64,000 bases of DNA from an uncultured virus (IMG/VR IMGVR_UViG_3300032246_002559) (lineage: Duplodnaviria > Heunggongvirae > Uroviricota > Caudoviricetes): the IMG/VR virus record IMGVR_UViG_3300032246_002559. The stretch is one strand, 5' to 3'. Shown one piece after another: positions 62,896 to 64,000 of the stretch. Each line of letters starts with the position of its first letter. Positions within the stretch are counted from its first letter, which is position 1. A program made the translations under genes and the position numbers. Under the pieces are notes generated by a model, which made no database searches, was not told where the DNA came from, and saw nothing but the letters and a program-made list of their open reading frames with translations.

Positions 62896-63308
62896 GTCAG
62901 GAGTTATTAGCGAAAATGGCAACAGCTATGGCTAAAGGAGATTGGAATTCCGTGGCTGACATTGCTAATTTGATGGCTGCTGGCGAGGCTCCAGTTGCAC
63001 AGGAAGCAAAATCTCGCAAAAAGCCCATTCTCCCCGCTGGTCCAGCGATTGCTGGCGGCAACCCTAAATTCCTCAATAAATTCGTAGACGACAAGACTTT
63101 GGAGAAGTCGCATATTGCTTCTGATAGGAAGCTTCTCAAAGGAGTTAAGCCTACTACTCGTCGCCCACCGTCAGGCAACAAGCCGGTGGAAGTCTCTTGC
63201 CCCAAGTGCAATAAGTTCCATATGGTGGCATCCTCGCTCGTAGCAATACGTCGGGAGACAGACTCGGGAATCGTTTGCCCTTCTTGCCTGAGGAGTCCGC
63301 GCCGATGA
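62892..63308 (+). CDS. Hypothetical protein with C-terminal Zn finger
   Basis: AGGAG SD; CPKC...CPSC. Confidence 0.6.
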   Translation: MSQELLAKMATAMAKGDWNSVADIANLMAAGEAPVAQEAKSRKKPILPAGPAIAGGNPKFLNKFVDDKTLEKSHIASDRKLLKGVKPTTRRPPSGNKPVEVSCPKCNKFHMVASSLVAIRRETDSGIVCPSCLRSPRR

Positions 63309-64000
63309 ACAGCGATCCAGCGGCCGAACGTGCCGTCCTAGCAGCCTTGTATAGAGGTGGGCACGAGTCGTGGGTAGAAATCTCCGATGTTCTTTCGCCC
63401 GACTGCTTTTCGTGTGGGAACAATTCGATCTATTATCGGGTCCTGGAGAAAATGTTAGCTGACCCAGGCAGCAAAGCCGACGTCCCCTCCTTCTTGTCGA
63501 CGGCAAGCATTTTAGGATTTCCTGACCTGATGAAAAATCAGGAGGAGCAGAAATATCTGCGAGCGCTGACTGTCACGGCCGTAGACCCAAGTAACCTTCG
63601 TAAGCAGGCTGCTCGACTAGTCAAACTTAAAAAGGCGTCTGAATTCGCCGAGGTACTAGGGAAAGCCGCCGATGAACTCCGGAAAGTCACTGGGGAAGAG
63701 ACCCTTGGGGAAATCCTGGGGATGGGCGAGGAAGCTGTTTTTAATTTCGTCGGCACGTTGGGAAACCAGAACGATGCCCTGTCCCACATTGGGAAAGACC
63801 TAGACGAATATCTTGATTACCTCGCTAATAATCCATCAGACATGATGGGCGTTAGTTCGGGACTAGACACCTATGATCAGGCGATTGGAGGAGGATTTCA
63901 ACGCGGTACGGTGAACGTCATCGGCGCTCGGCCAAAAGTGGGAAAGACCCAACTTGCCGACAATATCGCCCTCCATGTCGCAGGCAAATTGGGCATTCCA
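63305..64000 (+). CDS. dnaB: Replicative DnaB-like helicase (truncated by window end)
   Basis: Translated by hand: MNSDPAAERAVLAAL...SGLDTYDQAIGGGFQRG...GARPKVGKT. Confidence 0.9.
   Translation, partial: MNSDPAAERAVLAALYRGGHESWVEISDVLSPDCFSCGNNSIYYRVLEKMLADPGSKADVPSFLSTASILGFPDLMKNQEEQKYLRALTVTAVDPSNLRKQAARLVKLKKASEFAEVLGKAADELRKVTGEETLGEILGMGEEAVFNFVGTLGNQNDALSHIGKDLDEYLDYLANNPSDMMGVSSGLDTYDQAIGGGFQRGTVNVIGARPKVGKTQLADNIALHVAGKLGIP

Noticed and set aside
1..64000. Stop-codon reassignment
   Set aside because: Core genes are full-length in the standard code and all three stops are used

Overview
A 64-kb segment of a large tailed dsDNA phage, probably infecting a planctomycete (inferred from recalled Planctomycetota-like proteins; no database search was run). 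Positions 1-10.2 kb (minus strand) hold a head/packaging operon: major capsid, decoration protein, protease/scaffold, portal, intein-containing terminase, ERCC4 nuclease and a sigma factor. After a strand switch at ~10.3 kb comes a divergent ECF-sigma-like gene with an N-terminal hydrophobic anchor, then an ~12-kb array (11.9-23.8 kb) of small-gene cassettes separated by a conserved ~250-bp regulatory element. That element consists of a GAAA-loop terminator, a CCGGCCG-type hairpin, two tandem copies of the bipartite motif GAAAAAV-N11-RCTGCWC (23 copies counted, spacer always 11 nt), and a covarying 5' hairpin with an (AC)n leader. This array is the most unusual system in the window. From 24-41 kb there are dense small accessory genes (Gp157, CsrA-like, LexA-like, macro-like, GNAT, methyltransferase, HNH, sigma, DUF932) and a hairpin-rich ~500-nt gap with no convincing ORF. 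From 41-64 kb there are glycosyltransferases, ThyX, another sigma, a papain-like protease module, Thr/Cys-rich fibre proteins, a class II-like RNR, RecA with a Glu-initiated class 3-type intein, and a truncated DnaB. No tRNA, rRNA, CRISPR array or integrase was seen.
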